A stretch of 64,000 bases of DNA from Squalus acanthias (taxonomy: Eukaryota). The notes under the pieces were generated by a model. That model ran no database searches. It had not been told where the DNA came from and was given only the letters and a program-made list of their open reading frames with translations. This document shows positions 26,392-39,483 of this stretch, in pieces. Position numbers and translations under genes: made by a program. The stretch spans positions 120,778,001 to 120,842,000 of the forward strand of contig CM059431.1 in NCBI GenBank assembly GCA_030390025.1, read 5' to 3'. The number at the start of each line of letters is the position of its first letter. Position 1 is the first letter of the stretch.

Positions 26392-27234
26392 GAGCTGGAT
26401 TTTCTGAATGGGAAGCTTTTGGAGGCGGGACTGCTGCTTGCCTGGTTTCCGTCCCGTCTCCATCAGCTTCTGGCCAACCAGCGAGAATTTCCCCTGATTG
26501 ACCTTGTTAAGCCCGCCCGGTGGGCTCAGCGGGCCAATTAGGGGGAAGTCAGTGATAGAGCACGTCAACGTATGACGTGTCATCTGTCAAGAATTTTGAA
26601 AGAAGAAATGTCATCATTTGACAGCTCTGTGAAGCTGTCAAACACTGACATTCTGTGTAGTTTGATGAGGCCTTGAGTTCAGGACTCATCAAACCTTTCT
26701 ACTTTGCAGCAATCAGATGACTGTTGGATCGGAGGATGCAACAGCCAGTCTGTGACCTCTACAATGGAGATGTCGGGGACTGGCTCCACAGCGGCTGAAG
26801 GCTGTAGGTAGAAACAAAGGTAAGTTAACATTTTCTAACACTTTACACACACCTCACATACTTACCACTCCACACTTGCACCCATCACTCACCTCTACAT
26901 TGCACTTTCAGACTCCTCTGACACCCGCAGACCTCCTACTCGTCTCTTACACCCTGGCGGGGTTCCCCGAGGTCGGGAAGCCCGCACTTCAGCATGAAAA
27001 ATGGGAATAATCCTATTTCCTGCCTGTTAACTACCTGTTAACAGGCAGTTAATAGGCTTTAATCCCTTTCTGCCTCCAAGGAGACGGGACCCGGGGCAGG
27101 ACGGCTTCCCGCCTCCTGGCAAGAGGGCACGGAGGAGGGTTGGGGGCGGGTTTGCCACCCGCCCCCAAATTCTGCAACTTTCCTGGCAGTCCCGCCTCCA
27201 TTCCCGCCTCCTCGGGGCTAAGAAAATCCAGACC
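26392..27234. mobile_element. Harbinger-type MITE
   Basis: TIRs GAGCTGGATTTTCT / AGAAAATCCAGACC (12/14) with 3-bp TSD ATA/ATA. Confidence 0.85.
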
Positions 27235-27878
27235 ATAAAGATTAAAATGAAACAGAAACAGCAGGCTTATGACAATTGTAAGGTTCAGAATACAGTAGAG
27301 AACCATGATGACTATAGAACATACAGAGGAGACCTAAAAAGGGAATAAGAGGGGCAAAGAGAAAGTATGAGAATAGATTAGTGGCTAACATAAAAGGGAG
27401 CCAAAATTCTTTTTATAAACACCTAAATAGTAAAAGGGTAGTCAAAGGAAGGGTGGAGCCGATTAAGGACCAAAAAGGAAATCTTCTTGTGGAGACAGAG
27501 GGCATGATTGAGGTACTAAGGGGGCGAAATTCATTATAGCCCAGTAATGGACGCTAACTTCTGAAAAGTTTGAGATTTAGCGCCAGGCGCTAATGAATCT
27601 CGCTGCACACAAAATTCAGTGTCATCGCTCAAAGAAAGGATGGGAGCGCTGAATCAAGCGCTAATGACCGAGCTCAGTGGAGTTAGACTCAAAGCGCGAA
27701 GCAATTTCAGGTGCAGTCTAATCGCTAGTCATCATTGCCACAGGCTCTTTCCAGTTCTTAAAGGGGAGGTTCAATCATGCTGCAGAACCTCATTCTCAGC
27801 ATTGCTGGTTCTGCAGCTGTCTCAGCAAGAATCAGAAGGCCCAGGAGAAGGAACCGGACCACTGAAGGAGGTGTCATT

Positions 27879-29778
27879 ATGGCAGATCAACGGCCCAGGG
27901 AGAGAGCTCGCAGATTCTGTGATCAGGCATTGGAGGCATTGGTCTTCACTGTGGCGAGACGGAGGGCGGTGCTGTACCCGGCAAGTGGCAGGAGGCCCTC
28001 ACCGCAAGTCTTCCGCGCCATGTGGAGGGAGGTAGCCCAGCAGGTCTCGGGCAGCACTGTGGTCCCCAGGACCCACACACAGTGCAGGAAGAAATTTAAT
28101 GACCTCACTCAGGTGGTCAGGGTGAGTCAATGCCTCAACAAATGCTACATACCACCATCTGAACCACAGTCTGCACACACTGCCCAATGCACCACACCCC
28201 CAGCACTCACCCACCAACAATCTCTACCTACCAACACTCACACCCACATCTCACACATTGCACACAATGACAGCTATTCAACTATGGCAGGCACATCTCC
28301 CAAACACATTGCTCCACACTCACTCACACACTTTCCTCTCTCTTGCAGGCCGAGGTTGCTCACAACAGGAGGGAGCAGGAGCGCACAGGCGGGGGACAAA
28401 CCGACACCCAACCACTGTCTGATCTGGAGAATAGAGTGCTGCAAATCATTGGGCGACAGGTGGTGGGCGCGTGGCCACCTGTGACGTTGATCCCCTCGGG
28501 GACAACAACGGTACATTTATCCCTGCTCCTTCTTCTCACATCCCACTTCTCTCTCACCCCACAAGCCTTTCCCACTTTCCAGCTAATCTTGCTGTATGCA
28601 TGCCTTTCTCCCTTCCTGCCCCTCTCCCCTCACCTTAACCCGACTCTTGTGCCTTTATGTTTTCAGATAATGAGCAAGCACCTGAGCAGCCTGTCCCTGA
28701 GGGCACCATGGAGAGCGAGGCGGGAGAAGAGGAGGAGGAAGAACACACCACGTCACTGCATGTCTCACCCACAGGCACCAGCTCAGATACTGGCACTATG
28801 TGCTCTTTAGAGGCTCGTATAGTAGTGGGATATGCACAGGGTGAGGCACCTGGGAACGAGCGGGCTGCAGCAAGGTCAGGGGAAAGGGTAGCTCAGGACT
28901 CAGCTCCCCGGAGGGCGAGTTCGCATGCGTGTTCTGCTGCACAGGACTCAGATGAGGATCTCGATGGGGAGGCCTTTAGAAGAAGGGTGATGGGCATGCA
29001 CACGGAGATGATAGGTGCAATGGCAAGGGTGCCCGACAGCCTCTCGGCAATGGTAAGGAGTGTGGAGGAGTCCGCCTCCAACATTGCACAGAGCTCTGCG
29101 CACACCATGGAACCCATTATTTGCAGTCTGCAAAGGGTGGTGGACTCCCAAAGAGACTGAGGTGACACAGACCTCATGCCGAGTGTGATGGGCGAGGTCG
29201 CAGCTTCCATTGCAGCACAGGCGGAAGTGACGCAACGTCTTAGTGCTGTAATGCAGTCTATGCTTGGTGCCATCGATTCTCAAACTGCTCTCAAGCAGTC
29301 TCAGCTTGACGCTGCTTTGACTGCTGCCATCGTGGCTGGGTCAACCACCATCCACCGGGGCTTTCACAGTGTCGCATCAGGCCAGCAATCTGTGCTCCAG
29401 CAGATTGGTAGTGATGCTGAGGTGCTGCCCCAGGGCAGTGCCAGTGGGTCAGTGGAGCAGGAAGCTGCTGTCCTCTCTCAGGATGACAGCATTCCTGCTC
29501 CCACCACTGGCACTCCGCCATTGCCCTTGTCGCTGCCTGTCATCCAGCCAGCCCAGACTGCTGCCGCCCATGCTGAGGTGGTGCAGTCTACAACTAGGCC
29601 TTCCAGGCCCAGAGCTGGTCAAGGGTGTCCTGCAAGGCCATCTGAAGTCTCCCGCACGGACACTCAGCAGCCTTTCACCCGCCGTGCTGCAGCCACTGGG
29701 CCAACACCTCGTAGGAGCATGAGCGCAGGCAAAGGCACTGTAACAAGGGGCACAAAGGGATTGCACAAGGGTGAATAG
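27879..29778 (+). pseudogene. Harbinger Myb/SANT-like protein gene, exons ~27879-28121, 28349-28510, 28667-29778
   Basis: MADQRPRERARRFCDQALEALV..WREVAQQVS..PRTHTQCRKKFNDL; GTGAGT donor 28122, TTGCAG acceptor 28348, TTTCAG acceptor 28666; exon-2 frameshift and in-frame TGA at 29158. Confidence 0.85.
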
Positions 29779-29943
29779 CTAATATTGTTGTTGTAAATAT
29801 GTGTTCACTGATTATTGATACATTTATTAATTGGCTTTGGAATATTTTGTGGTTTCTCTCAATTCAGCTTTGCGCTGCGATATGGCCTGCGACAGGGATG
29901 GAATGATGGGGATGTGGTGAACAATGGGGATCTGGGGTTTAAT

Positions 29944-31058
29944 TTATTGGAACCGTAGTCTGATGAGGACCACCCTTCCAGAAGGCCAATTGAGTGGCTA
30001 CCTCCTCCCTCACTTCAGTTCCTCCTCCTCCTCCTGCTCATCTTCCTCTTCCTCTCCCTCTTCCTCCTCCTGAGGTGGTCCAGCAATCCCTGGTGGCAAG
30101 CGCTGGGCCCTCATGATGGCCAAGTTGTGGAGCATGCAGCAGACCACGACGAAATGGGACACCCGCTCCGGCGAGTACTGGAGGGCTTGAGCACCCCGAT
30201 GGTCTGCTCGATGATGTTCCTGGTGGCAGCATGGCTCTCATTATATGAGTGCTGAGCAGGAGGGCTGGGGTTGTGGAGGGGAGTCATGAGCCAGATGGAG
30301 AGCAGATAGCCCTTGTCTCCGACCAGCCAGCTATGAGCTTGCTGTGGCGGCTGGAAGAGTGCTGGCAAACCGGTCTGGCACAGGATGAAGGCATCGTGGC
30401 TGCTGCCAGGATAGCAGGCATTCACATTGAGGTCGCACACCAACTGCACATTAAGTGAATGGTAGTCTTTGCATTTACAGAAGACCTCAGGATTGTTATG
30501 CGGTGCCCACAAAGCCATGTGGGTGCAATCAATGGCGCCCTGCACCATGAGGAATCCCGCTATCCTGGCAAAACCACATGCGCGTTTGTCCTGCTTCTCT
30601 CTGGTGATGGGGAAGGAAATGTAGTCGGTTCTCCTACTGTAGAGAGCCTCTGTGACCTCCCGGATGCAGCAATGGACGGCGAACTGCGAGATGTTCGCTA
30701 TATCTCCTGTTACAGACTAGAAGGAACCGCTGGCAAAGAAATTGAGGGTGACGGTGACATTGCCTGCCACTGAGAGAGCCGTGGTCGACCTGATCTGAGG
30801 CTCGAGGTGTGGTTGCAGGAGGTGGCAGAGATCGGTGACCACATCCTTGCTGAAGCGGAGCCGTCTAATGCACTGCACCTCGCTTAATTGAAGGTAGGGG
30901 AAGTGCTCTCGGAATACCCTAGCGGGGTAAGGCCTCCTGCTGAGAGCCCTGATGGCTCTCCTCCTCCCTCTGGCCACATCTTGCAATCTTTCTCGCTGCC
31001 TCCGCTCTCTCCGCCGTGTATCCTAGAGGACGAGGTCGATTGCCAGTACAGCCCCCAT
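29944..31058 (-). pseudogene. Harbinger DDE transposase pseudogene
   Basis: ORFs 30717-30986 and 30111-30548: RLRFSK, NFFASGSF, VQGAIDCTHM, YHSLNVQLVCD, PGSSHD, GDKGY, HAATRNIIEQTIGVLK. Confidence 0.9.
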
Positions 31059-32779
31059 TAATGAAACGATGTGTAGCACTTTGAAATTTTGTCAGAATAA
31101 TAGTAACAAATTTTTATTAGCCACAACACTCCTGATACTAAAGAACCTTTAAATGACTGAATTAAACACCTGCACCATCGCAAACTGACAAAGAAGCAGT
31201 GAAACAGCACTAACCTGACAGCTGCGACTGATCCCTTTAATTAGCACCCCTGAAGCTGCCATCCGCCTGCTTCACGCCTCCTCTTCCTGTTGTTGATGAG
31301 GCGAGGCACTCAGGTGGGACCAATAATCAATTTGGCAGATCGGGCGCTGAGTGAGCATTGCACGCTCACTGACGTCACGATCTGCCTGGCGCTAAAGCCC
31401 CAGGCGCTGTTAGCAGCGGCGCTAAGGGACGACTGAATTTGGCTTGCAGCGCTGGATTCGCCTCGCCCCAGCGCTACTTCATTAGCAGCCCGTTAGCGCC
31501 CCCACCAGGCATCAACATGGGGGTGCTAACCAACCGAATTTCTCCCCCTCAATGACTACCTTGCATCTGTCTTCACTAAAGAAGAGAATGCTGCCAATGT
31601 AGCAGTAAAGGAGGAGAGAGTAGTGATATTGGATAGGATAAAAATAGATAAAGAGGATGTTCTTAAAAGGTTGGCAGTTCTCAAAGTCTGGGTGGAATGC
31701 ATCCTAGTTTACTGAGGGATGTAAGGGTGGAAATTTCAAAGCCTCTGACCACAGTCTTCCAATAGTCCTTGGTTATGGGGGTGGTGCCACAGATTGGAGG
31801 ATTGCAAATGTTACACCCCTGTTTAAAGAAAGGGGAGAGGGATAAACCTGGCAACTACAGACCAGTCGCCTAATGTCAGTGGTGGGGAAACTTTTAGAGA
31901 CAATAAACTGGAACAAAATTAATTGGTATTCGGAAAAGTATGGGCTAATAAATGAAAGTCAGCACAGATTTGTTAAAGGAAAATTGTGTTTGACTAACTT
32001 GATTGAACGGAAGTAACGGAAAGGGTTAATGAGTGTAATGTGGTTGATGTTGTGTATATGGACTTTCAAAAGGCGTTTGGCAAAGTACCACATGATAATT
32101 TTTTTAGCAAAATTAAAGCCCTGAAATTAAAGGGACAGTGGCAGCATAGATACAAAATTGGCTAAGGGACAGAAAGCAGGGAGTAGTGGTGAGTGGATGT
32201 TTTTCAGACTGGAGGGAAGTACACAGTGGTGCTCCCCAGGGTTCGGTATTAGGACCACTGCTCTATTTGATATATATTAATGACCTGGACTTGGGTATAC
32301 AGGGCATAATTTCAAAGTTTGCAGATGATATGAAACACAGAAATATAGTGAACAATTAAGAGGATAGCAACAGACTTCAGGAGGACATAGATAGACTGTT
32401 AAAATGGGCAGACATGTGGCAGATTAAATCTAACGCAGAGAAGTGTGAAGTGATACATTTTGGTAGGAAGAATGAGGAGAGGCAATATGAACTAAATGGT
32501 ACAATTTTAAAAAGGGTGCTCAAAGAGAGAGGCCTGGGGTTGTATGTACACAAATCTTTGAAGGTGGCAGGACAAGTTGAGAAAGCTGTTAAAAAAGCAT
32601 ATGGGATCCTTGGCTTTATAAATCGAGAAATAGAGTACGAAAGCAAGGAAGTTATGCTTAACCTTTATAACACACTGGTTAGGCCTCAGCTAGAGTATTG
32701 TGTTCAATTCTAGGCGCCACACTTTAGGAAGGATGTCAAGGCCTTGAAGAGGGTGCAGAAGAGATTTACTAAAATGGTA

Positions 32780-32873
32780 ATAACAACAGAAAACACTGGA
32801 AAAACTCAGCAGGCCAGGCAGCATCCGTGGAGAGAGAAACAGAGTTAAAGTTTCAGGTCGAAGACCTTTCGTC
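32780..32873 (-). mobile_element. Short Penelope-type terminal fragment inserted in CR1
   Basis: 94-bp insert flanked by ATGGTA direct repeats (32774-79, 32874-79); minus strand has a partial hammerhead-like GACGAAAGGTC.TCGACCTGAAAC. Confidence 0.6.
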
Positions 32874-34235
32874 ATGGTACCAGGGTTGCGGGACTTCAGT
32901 TACGTGGAGAGACTGGAAAAGCTGGGGGTGTTCTCCTTAGAGCAGAGAAGGCTAAGGAGAGAATTAATAGAGGTATTCAAAATGATGAGGGGTTTTGTTA
33001 GAGTGAATAAGGAGAAACTGTTTCCAGTGACAGAAGGGTCGGTAACCAAAGGACACAGATTTAAGGTGATTGGCAAAAGAACTAGAGGCAACATGAGGAA
33101 ACATTTTTTCTACACAGCAAATTGTTGTGATCTGGAATGCACTGCCTGAAAAAGTGGCGGAAGCAGATTCAATTGTATCATTTAAAAGAGAAATAGATAA
33201 ATACTTGAAGGGAAAAAAATCTACAGGACTATGAGGAAAGAGCACGGGAGTGTGATTAATTGGCTAGCCCTACCAAAGAGCTTGTTCTATAATTCTATGT
33301 AACTAAACAATTTAAAGAGAAGGGGAACAGGTTCATAATACATCTCTACAGCCTGGGGAATGGTGCATTGCAGGATGAGATGATTTGTGAAAGAACACTA
33401 GTGGGACTAGAGTACAGAAACTTGTTGAAGAGATTCCAGGTGGATGTTGTGTACATAAAGCAATGAAGCGAGCATACTAAAATGAGGCAGTAAAAAAAAA
33501 AGATTGCATTGCCGACAAAATGGTTCTCAGGAGCAAAAGGATAAGGAAGTAAGATAACACAAAAAAATAAGTAGCCCGGAGGATAAATAAAAGTTGGTGA
33601 GAGTTCATATTTCTAAAGGTGAGAAATTGCCTGAGTGGTCAATAGTACCCTGGGGAAATCAAAGATTCTAGATGATTGAGACTAATGCAAATATTAGTCT
33701 AATATTAGGGATCCAAAATGAGTAACAAGAACTATACATCGACTTTTACAACTTGACAAAGCAAATGTCTTTTATAAAAATCAGAAGTTGCTATAATTAC
33801 TCTGTGTAATATATTTCTGCATAAGACTAGAAATGTAGTTTATTGTTGTGGATGAAAATGGGGGAGTCATCTTATACATAAATCGTTGTGGTGGATGCTA
33901 CTGTACCTCAGTCCGTGAGAGACTCCTGGCCCTGTCCCTGTGTCCTGTCGATTCTAGATTCTCCAGCACAGCTCACCTCTCTCCAGATCTCACTTGCCCA
34001 TTGGCATCTCTCAAGCTCTTTCCTTTCTGTCTCTTAGTGACCTGTTCTCCTGTCTGCTGACTGTGTGCAGCTGTGGCAGCACACAGAAAAGTTGGTGCAC
34101 ATTAAAATCAAATTTACCACACTCTAGGGAGCTATGCTGACTGATAGGTAATGTAATAAGTGGGCCAGAGATTTTTATTCTGACGTTTTTTTGGCACGGT
34201 TGCCTTATATGCAAGTGCATACAGTATATATCAGC

Positions 34236-36187
34236 TGTAAGGTTTCCAAAATTTGCAGATCCCCAAAAACCTAAGGAAAAAGGACTTTGGAACCACCTCA
34301 GAGTGATAAAATTGCATTTGGGCCTAACCTAAGGAATTTAAGACCAAAAACCAAGTTTTGGCATTTTAAAACTATGTCTGGGCCTGTAAAGGGACAAGGA
34401 GGTGGGTACAACCTCTGTAAAAGCAGTTTTGGTTATTGCAGTTAATTGCACTGTCTGGGGAACCGGGATGACCCCACTCAAGCCCCAGCAGAAATTAACA
34501 TTTGAACAATAGACCCCGGGAGAAGACAGTCCCACCCAAAGACAGGCCCCATCAAAACCAATTACAGGGCCCATCAGAAACATGCATGATAAAACCCACT
34601 CAGGACCATTCAATAGAAAGATTGAGTCCAGCCTAGAAACCCAAACACGAAATCAATCACCAGTGATCAACCAAGGAGATCGACAGGATGCAAGCCATCC
34701 CAAAAGCCATTTGACACTTACAGAGCAGTTACTGGTAACAGGCCCGCCAAAATCAGACAATGAATTGAGCAGATTTGGCGGGTAGATAAGGCCATGTTCA
34801 ATGGGTGAGATTGAAGACCTGTTAAAAAAACAGTTAACACGCTAGTAAGTCGTTACCGATTAACGAGCCCGCCAAAACCAGACAATGAACTGAGTAGATT
34901 TGGCGGGTAGATAAGGCCACTTCAATTCAATATAATTGAAGGCCCGTTAAGCAGTTCAAGGTCGGTGGTCATCAGAAGAAGAAACCAGGAAGAAGTCAAG
35001 CCGAACTGGAAGCGAGTCGGCATCGCTCACCACCCAGACACACCTGAGTCCAGCTCGTGAAGATACCACCTCGACGGACCTCGACGGACCTCCAACAACG
35101 GTCCCAACACAGTCACCCGGAGCAACAAGCAGCAACAAGTCACCGACGGCTCCACGAGGTCGACCGACACACTAGACAAGGCCTAAAACCATCGCGGAAA
35201 CCAAAGGCCTCAAGTAACCAACAACCGCATATTACCCCCAACGGACTGGGTAATAGCAGGCCACCGCGACCAACAAAGACCAACTCAAGGGAAGAAAACC
35301 CGAAGAACCGCAAAGTTTCCACTCTACAATCTACTCCTGACTTACCCCATGGTAAGATTTTCCCCAAAGATTCTAAACCCTACTGCTAAACCAAAGAAAT
35401 TGGGTACTCACCAGATAAATCCAGAACGACATCCTACCGCATCAGCGGACTCGCGAAGACTGACCAGATACGCAGGTGAAGTCCTCTACCACGTACGGGG
35501 TACGGCAGACACTAACCACCATAAAGAGCGAACCCCAAAACCGCGATTTAGCCCAACTGTCAAAGGATTGGTGAGCATTATCCCTGGTCCTTCAAAACCT
35601 AACTTAACTAGTAAAGTGGGGTTGGGAGGGGTGAAGTATTGTTCTACTGTCATTTCCCTCGCTTGTACCGAAGTGTTCCCCACCTTTAGAGTAGAGTGTT
35701 ATTATTTTATGTTTTACCTTTTAATAAAGATTGAAGTTCTTTTCACCAAACTCAGTTGTCTGCTGCACCTTTTGTCACAACCCCCAAATAAGTCCAAGGT
35801 CTAGAACCAAGGGAGTGGGAGCGATTCGAACCGCTCAGAAGTCACAGAATCCCCACAATGCAGATAGAGGCCATTTCGGCCCATCGAGCCTGCACCGACA
35901 CATATCCCACCCTATCCCCGTAACCCCACGTATTTAATCCCCCTAAGGGTCAATTTATCATAGCCAAATCAACCTAACCCGCACATCTTTGGACTGTGGG
36001 AGGAAACCGGAGCACCCGGAGGAAACCCACGCAGACACGGGGAGAATGTGCAAACTCCACACAGACAGTCATCCGAGGCCGGATTCGAACCCGGGTCCCT
36101 GGCGCTGTGAGGCAACAGTGCTAACCACTATGCCACCGTGTTGCCCGAAGTCAGAGGTAAAGCTAACACAAACCACCACCCCCTACA
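34236..36187 (+). mobile_element. Solo LTR related to the downstream provirus
   Basis: TGTAAGG...CCCTACA termini, 4-bp TSD CAGC/CAGC, GTGAGC 35571, AATAAA 35723, shared GTCTAGAACC..GAG(C/T)GATTCGAACC(G/A)CTC motif. Confidence 0.85.
35845..36146 (-). mobile_element. HE1-like V-SINE (tRNA head, V domain, CR1-type tail)
   Basis: Minus strand: A box TGGCATAGTGG, B box GGTTCGAATCC, V-domain TCTCCCCGTGTCTGCGTGGGTTTCCTCCGGGTGCTCCGGTTTCCTCCCACAGTCCAAAGA; TSD GAAGTCA (35838-44, 36147-53). Confidence 0.9.
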
Positions 36188-38831
36188 CAGCTAAACTTCA
36201 CCAGTCATTCTTTGATCACATATCCAACAGAAACACCGCACAGTGGAGGAGACAAACAGAAAATGAATGGCATATTTAATACCCGTTCCAACATTTATCT
36301 CTGGGGCTGCCAAAAGCAAAAGGAGCAGAAGCCAAATCTTATGCTATAAATAATAAGACTGCTGAGCAATACATGTAAGTTTATCTAGTTGCATGTTTCT
36401 TGGGATAATCTTGGCCTTTTGGGAGACCATGACAGGGATTGTTCAGACTTGCAGTTCATTATAATCTTTTAGCTTCAGGATTTAATGGCCTAGCTGGAAC
36501 ATAAACACTAAAATTGTAGGAAATTTAATAATTATAATAACATTACTTGGAGTGTTTAAATTAACCCATATCCTACCAAATATGTTTTTCCACAATGAAT
36601 GATTTCCATAGGGTGAAAAGTTTTGGCGCTAGGTAACTAAGGAGTAATTCTCAGATGTTAGTGAGTATTTTCAGTATGGAGCTCTTTAAGAACAAAAGAA
36701 AAATGCAGGGATTGGGCGGGGAAGACAAGAAATTCTATTTTGCTTTAAATGAGAAACAAAGGACCATATTGTAGGACACCACTAAAGCTGCAGACAATAA
36801 ATGGGAAGATCAGGTAAATGGGGAAGTAATGAATTCATGACACCAAGCTTAGGTTTTCAAAGCTTGAAGATTGTAGGAGGACAGAGTTAGTGGGAGGTAA
36901 GGAGTTCTGCATTTCTGGGGTACTGACTGGCTGCAACATTTAATAAATAGCGAACCTTCACACAAAATGTTGTTTAGTGGAGTGACTGCAACACTGACTA
37001 GAATGGAAAACAGCTTTTTTTAAACACAGAAAAATGTTATAAGGCACTATAGTTTCTCTTCAACATTTCTAATAAAATGGTATCCAGATGTAGAAAGTAT
37101 AAATAAGTGCTGTTATACTGTATTGGACTTTTTTAAAATTTAAGTCACAACATCCCTTCATTTCCTCACTGCTTAACTCTTAATTCTTATCTTTTCAACT
37201 AAGATAAAATTCTCAATGTTTAAAAGCAGGATACACCTGCTTCTTGTTAATGGACACAACTGTAAGTTCTTAAGAAGGAGTCGCTGTGAAGTGAAAGTCT
37301 CCAGCACAGACAGCGGCCACATGGCCCACATTTCCACTTCATCCAATCTCTTTGTACTATATTTATAAAATTCTTTGTGCTTGGTGTAATTACAAACAAA
37401 TTGTTCGGGAACAGCTGAACAGAGTTACTGAGTGAACTAAGACCATCAGCCCCAATGACGTTTTAAAAAATACATTCTACTGTTTGTTTGAAAATGATTA
37501 AATCAGTCACTGACTCTAATCAAATCATTTGGTATTAAGCAACGTGATGGACCATTATAAGTGATAGATATGAAACAACGTGAGCTTTTCTTTTGCTGCT
37601 GAAAACGTACATGTACACCTTTAAAGTATAAGAGTACAGCTTTGAGACATTGTTGCCTGGCATCTTTTTTTTCTCTCTTGCATATTTCCCCTAAAGCTGA
37701 TGATTTCTTGCTGGGGTATAGTTCTTCAGATGTTATTCGCCCTCTGGTGTCTTGCCCAGATGGCCATTATTTATGTAGAAGCCTTCACAGCTGCATGTAA
37801 GAAGACTTTTTAACTGGAGGAGTTTCACAGCCAAACTTGGTCTTCATGCAACGTCCATAAATTCACATTCCCAGTAGGAGTTTCTAGGCAATGGTCAGAT
37901 GCAATTCAGGCACCTCTACTGCCACCTGGCTAACCTTAGCTAACTCAACACAGACCAAGGATCAAACTTGGGACCATCTTAGCCTGTGCATTCAGTTACT
38001 CAATGTATAACCCTGCTAAACCATTAATGGAACCCAGAATATTGTTTACATTATTAAACAGTAGGCAGTTCTGAGTAATGTAAAAATTAACATAACAAAT
38101 GGTAATCTTTGATTTATTTATAATAAGGAAAACAATACCAAAATACAGCACAGTCCAAATGCTCCTGTCTACCCTTGTTTCTTTAAGACACCACTTCCTG
38201 TGGTTACTGTTTTCATGTCCTTCTCCTTACATTTCATTTTGGTTTAACGTATCTGTTTGTTTATACTTTAGTTTCCTGATTCATGCCCTTTTTTAATGTA
38301 ATATCTTCTCTCTTTCTAATAAACTCTACTTTACTAGTTCTCCAGGATTATTTTTAGCTCTTCAACTTTTATTTTTCTTTACTTTGTTTCTTTCTGCTCT
38401 TTCCTTTGATGTGCTCTTTGATCTTTCTGAGATTAGTAACATCTCCTAAACCTCTCTTGTGGTTTCCATGCTGTGCATAGATAGCAGGCTTCATTACATA
38501 AAATATAGGTTTCTTTACTTTTCCTTCTATTAGCAATCGACTTCTCTCCTATTTCTTTCTGAATTACAACTCACTTCTCTCTTTACTATGTATTAAGAAT
38601 TTCTTCAGTTGCTTTTTCTGGAGATTTACCCCGAGTGTTCTAAGCTTTTTTCTGTTTTCTTCTTTCTGAGCTTGCTGGCTTTCAGTTACCCTCACCTTCC
38701 TATTTTACTAACACACTAGTATTAAGGCGGATATTCTGTGAGTGCTTGCATCAATGTTCCTCTGTGGAACCTGCCTCTGAGCTCTCCAGCCATTTGTCCT
38801 GGGAAATATTTATCCCTGAACCAACATCACT

Positions 38832-39483
38832 AATGTGAGAAGTCGCACAACACCAGGTTATAGTCCAACAGCTTTATTTGAAATCACAAGCTTTCGGAGC
38901 GCTGCTCCTTCATCAGGTGAAGTGAAGAGATGCATATAGGCACAGCATGTATAGTCAGAGAACACTGCCAGATGATTACAGTTAATCTTTCTAACTGCCC
39001 TTTATCACACCTCGGCAGAGAGATAATCACGGCAATCAAAGGTGTGGATGGTGTCCAAACAGGTCAGTCAGGAAAACATTACATCAAAGACAATGAGGTG
39101 GGGTCACAAGGGGTCAATTGTGGCAGATGCTGGGGTCTGTGTGGAAAACAAAAAACAATTGACCCCTTGTGACCCCACCTCATTGTCTTTGATGTAATGT
39201 TTTCCTGACTGACCTGTTTGGACACCATCCACACCGTTGATTGCCGTGATTATCTCTCTGCCGAGGTGTGATAAAGGGCAGTTAGAAAGATTAACTGTAA
39301 TCATCTGGCAGTGTTCTCTGACTATATATGCTGTGCCTATATGCATCTCTTCACTTCACCTGACGAAGGAGCAGCGCTCCGAAAGCTTGTGATTTCAAAT
39401 AAAGCTGTTGGACTATAACCTGGTGTTGTGCGACTTCTCACATTTGTCCACCCCAGTCCAACACCGGCATCTCCACATCATGG
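38832..39483. mobile_element. Penelope-like element remnant: inverted pseudo-LTR pair plus 3' tail extension
   Basis: 290-bp arms 38832-39121 and 39155-39444 (about 3 mismatches), 33-bp spacer, ~40-bp tail, flanking direct repeat CAACATC(A/G)CTAA. Confidence 0.8.
39356..39392 (+). ncRNA. Minimal hammerhead-ribozyme-like motif (mirror copy on - at 38884-38920)
   Basis: TCAC-CTGACGA-AGGAGC(AGC)GCTCC-GAAA-GCTT-GTGA: core CUGANGA/GAAA, stems I and II, palindromic AAGCTT in place of stem III. Confidence 0.6.

Larger units (their letters stand above)
27520..31548. mobile_element. Full-length PIF/Harbinger transposon (4.0 kb) with convergent Myb and transposase genes
   Basis: TIRs GGGGGCGAAATTC / GAATTTCTCCCCC (12/13), flanked by TAA/TCA; host CR1 reads through GAGGTACTAA|ATGACTAC. 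Confidence 0.92.
24030..33300 (+). mobile_element. Near full-length decayed CR1 (ORF1 SGNH esterase end plus ORF2), host to four nested insertions
   Basis: ORF1 PEVVVHV.TND..DGLHLNRAGTNVL; ORF2 start VNVRSVDNK..YDIVAITET, IMGDF.YPNIDW; RT motifs 31800-32340; tail TTCTATAATTCTATG ~33300. Confidence 0.9.

Noticed and set aside
36075..36146. tRNA gene
   Set aside because: tRNA-like A/B boxes are the head of a V-SINE with TSD; same applies to ~43910-43998
38930..39346. Two near-identical 80-aa ORFs on opposite strands
   Set aside because: By-product of the inverted repeat; no protein motif
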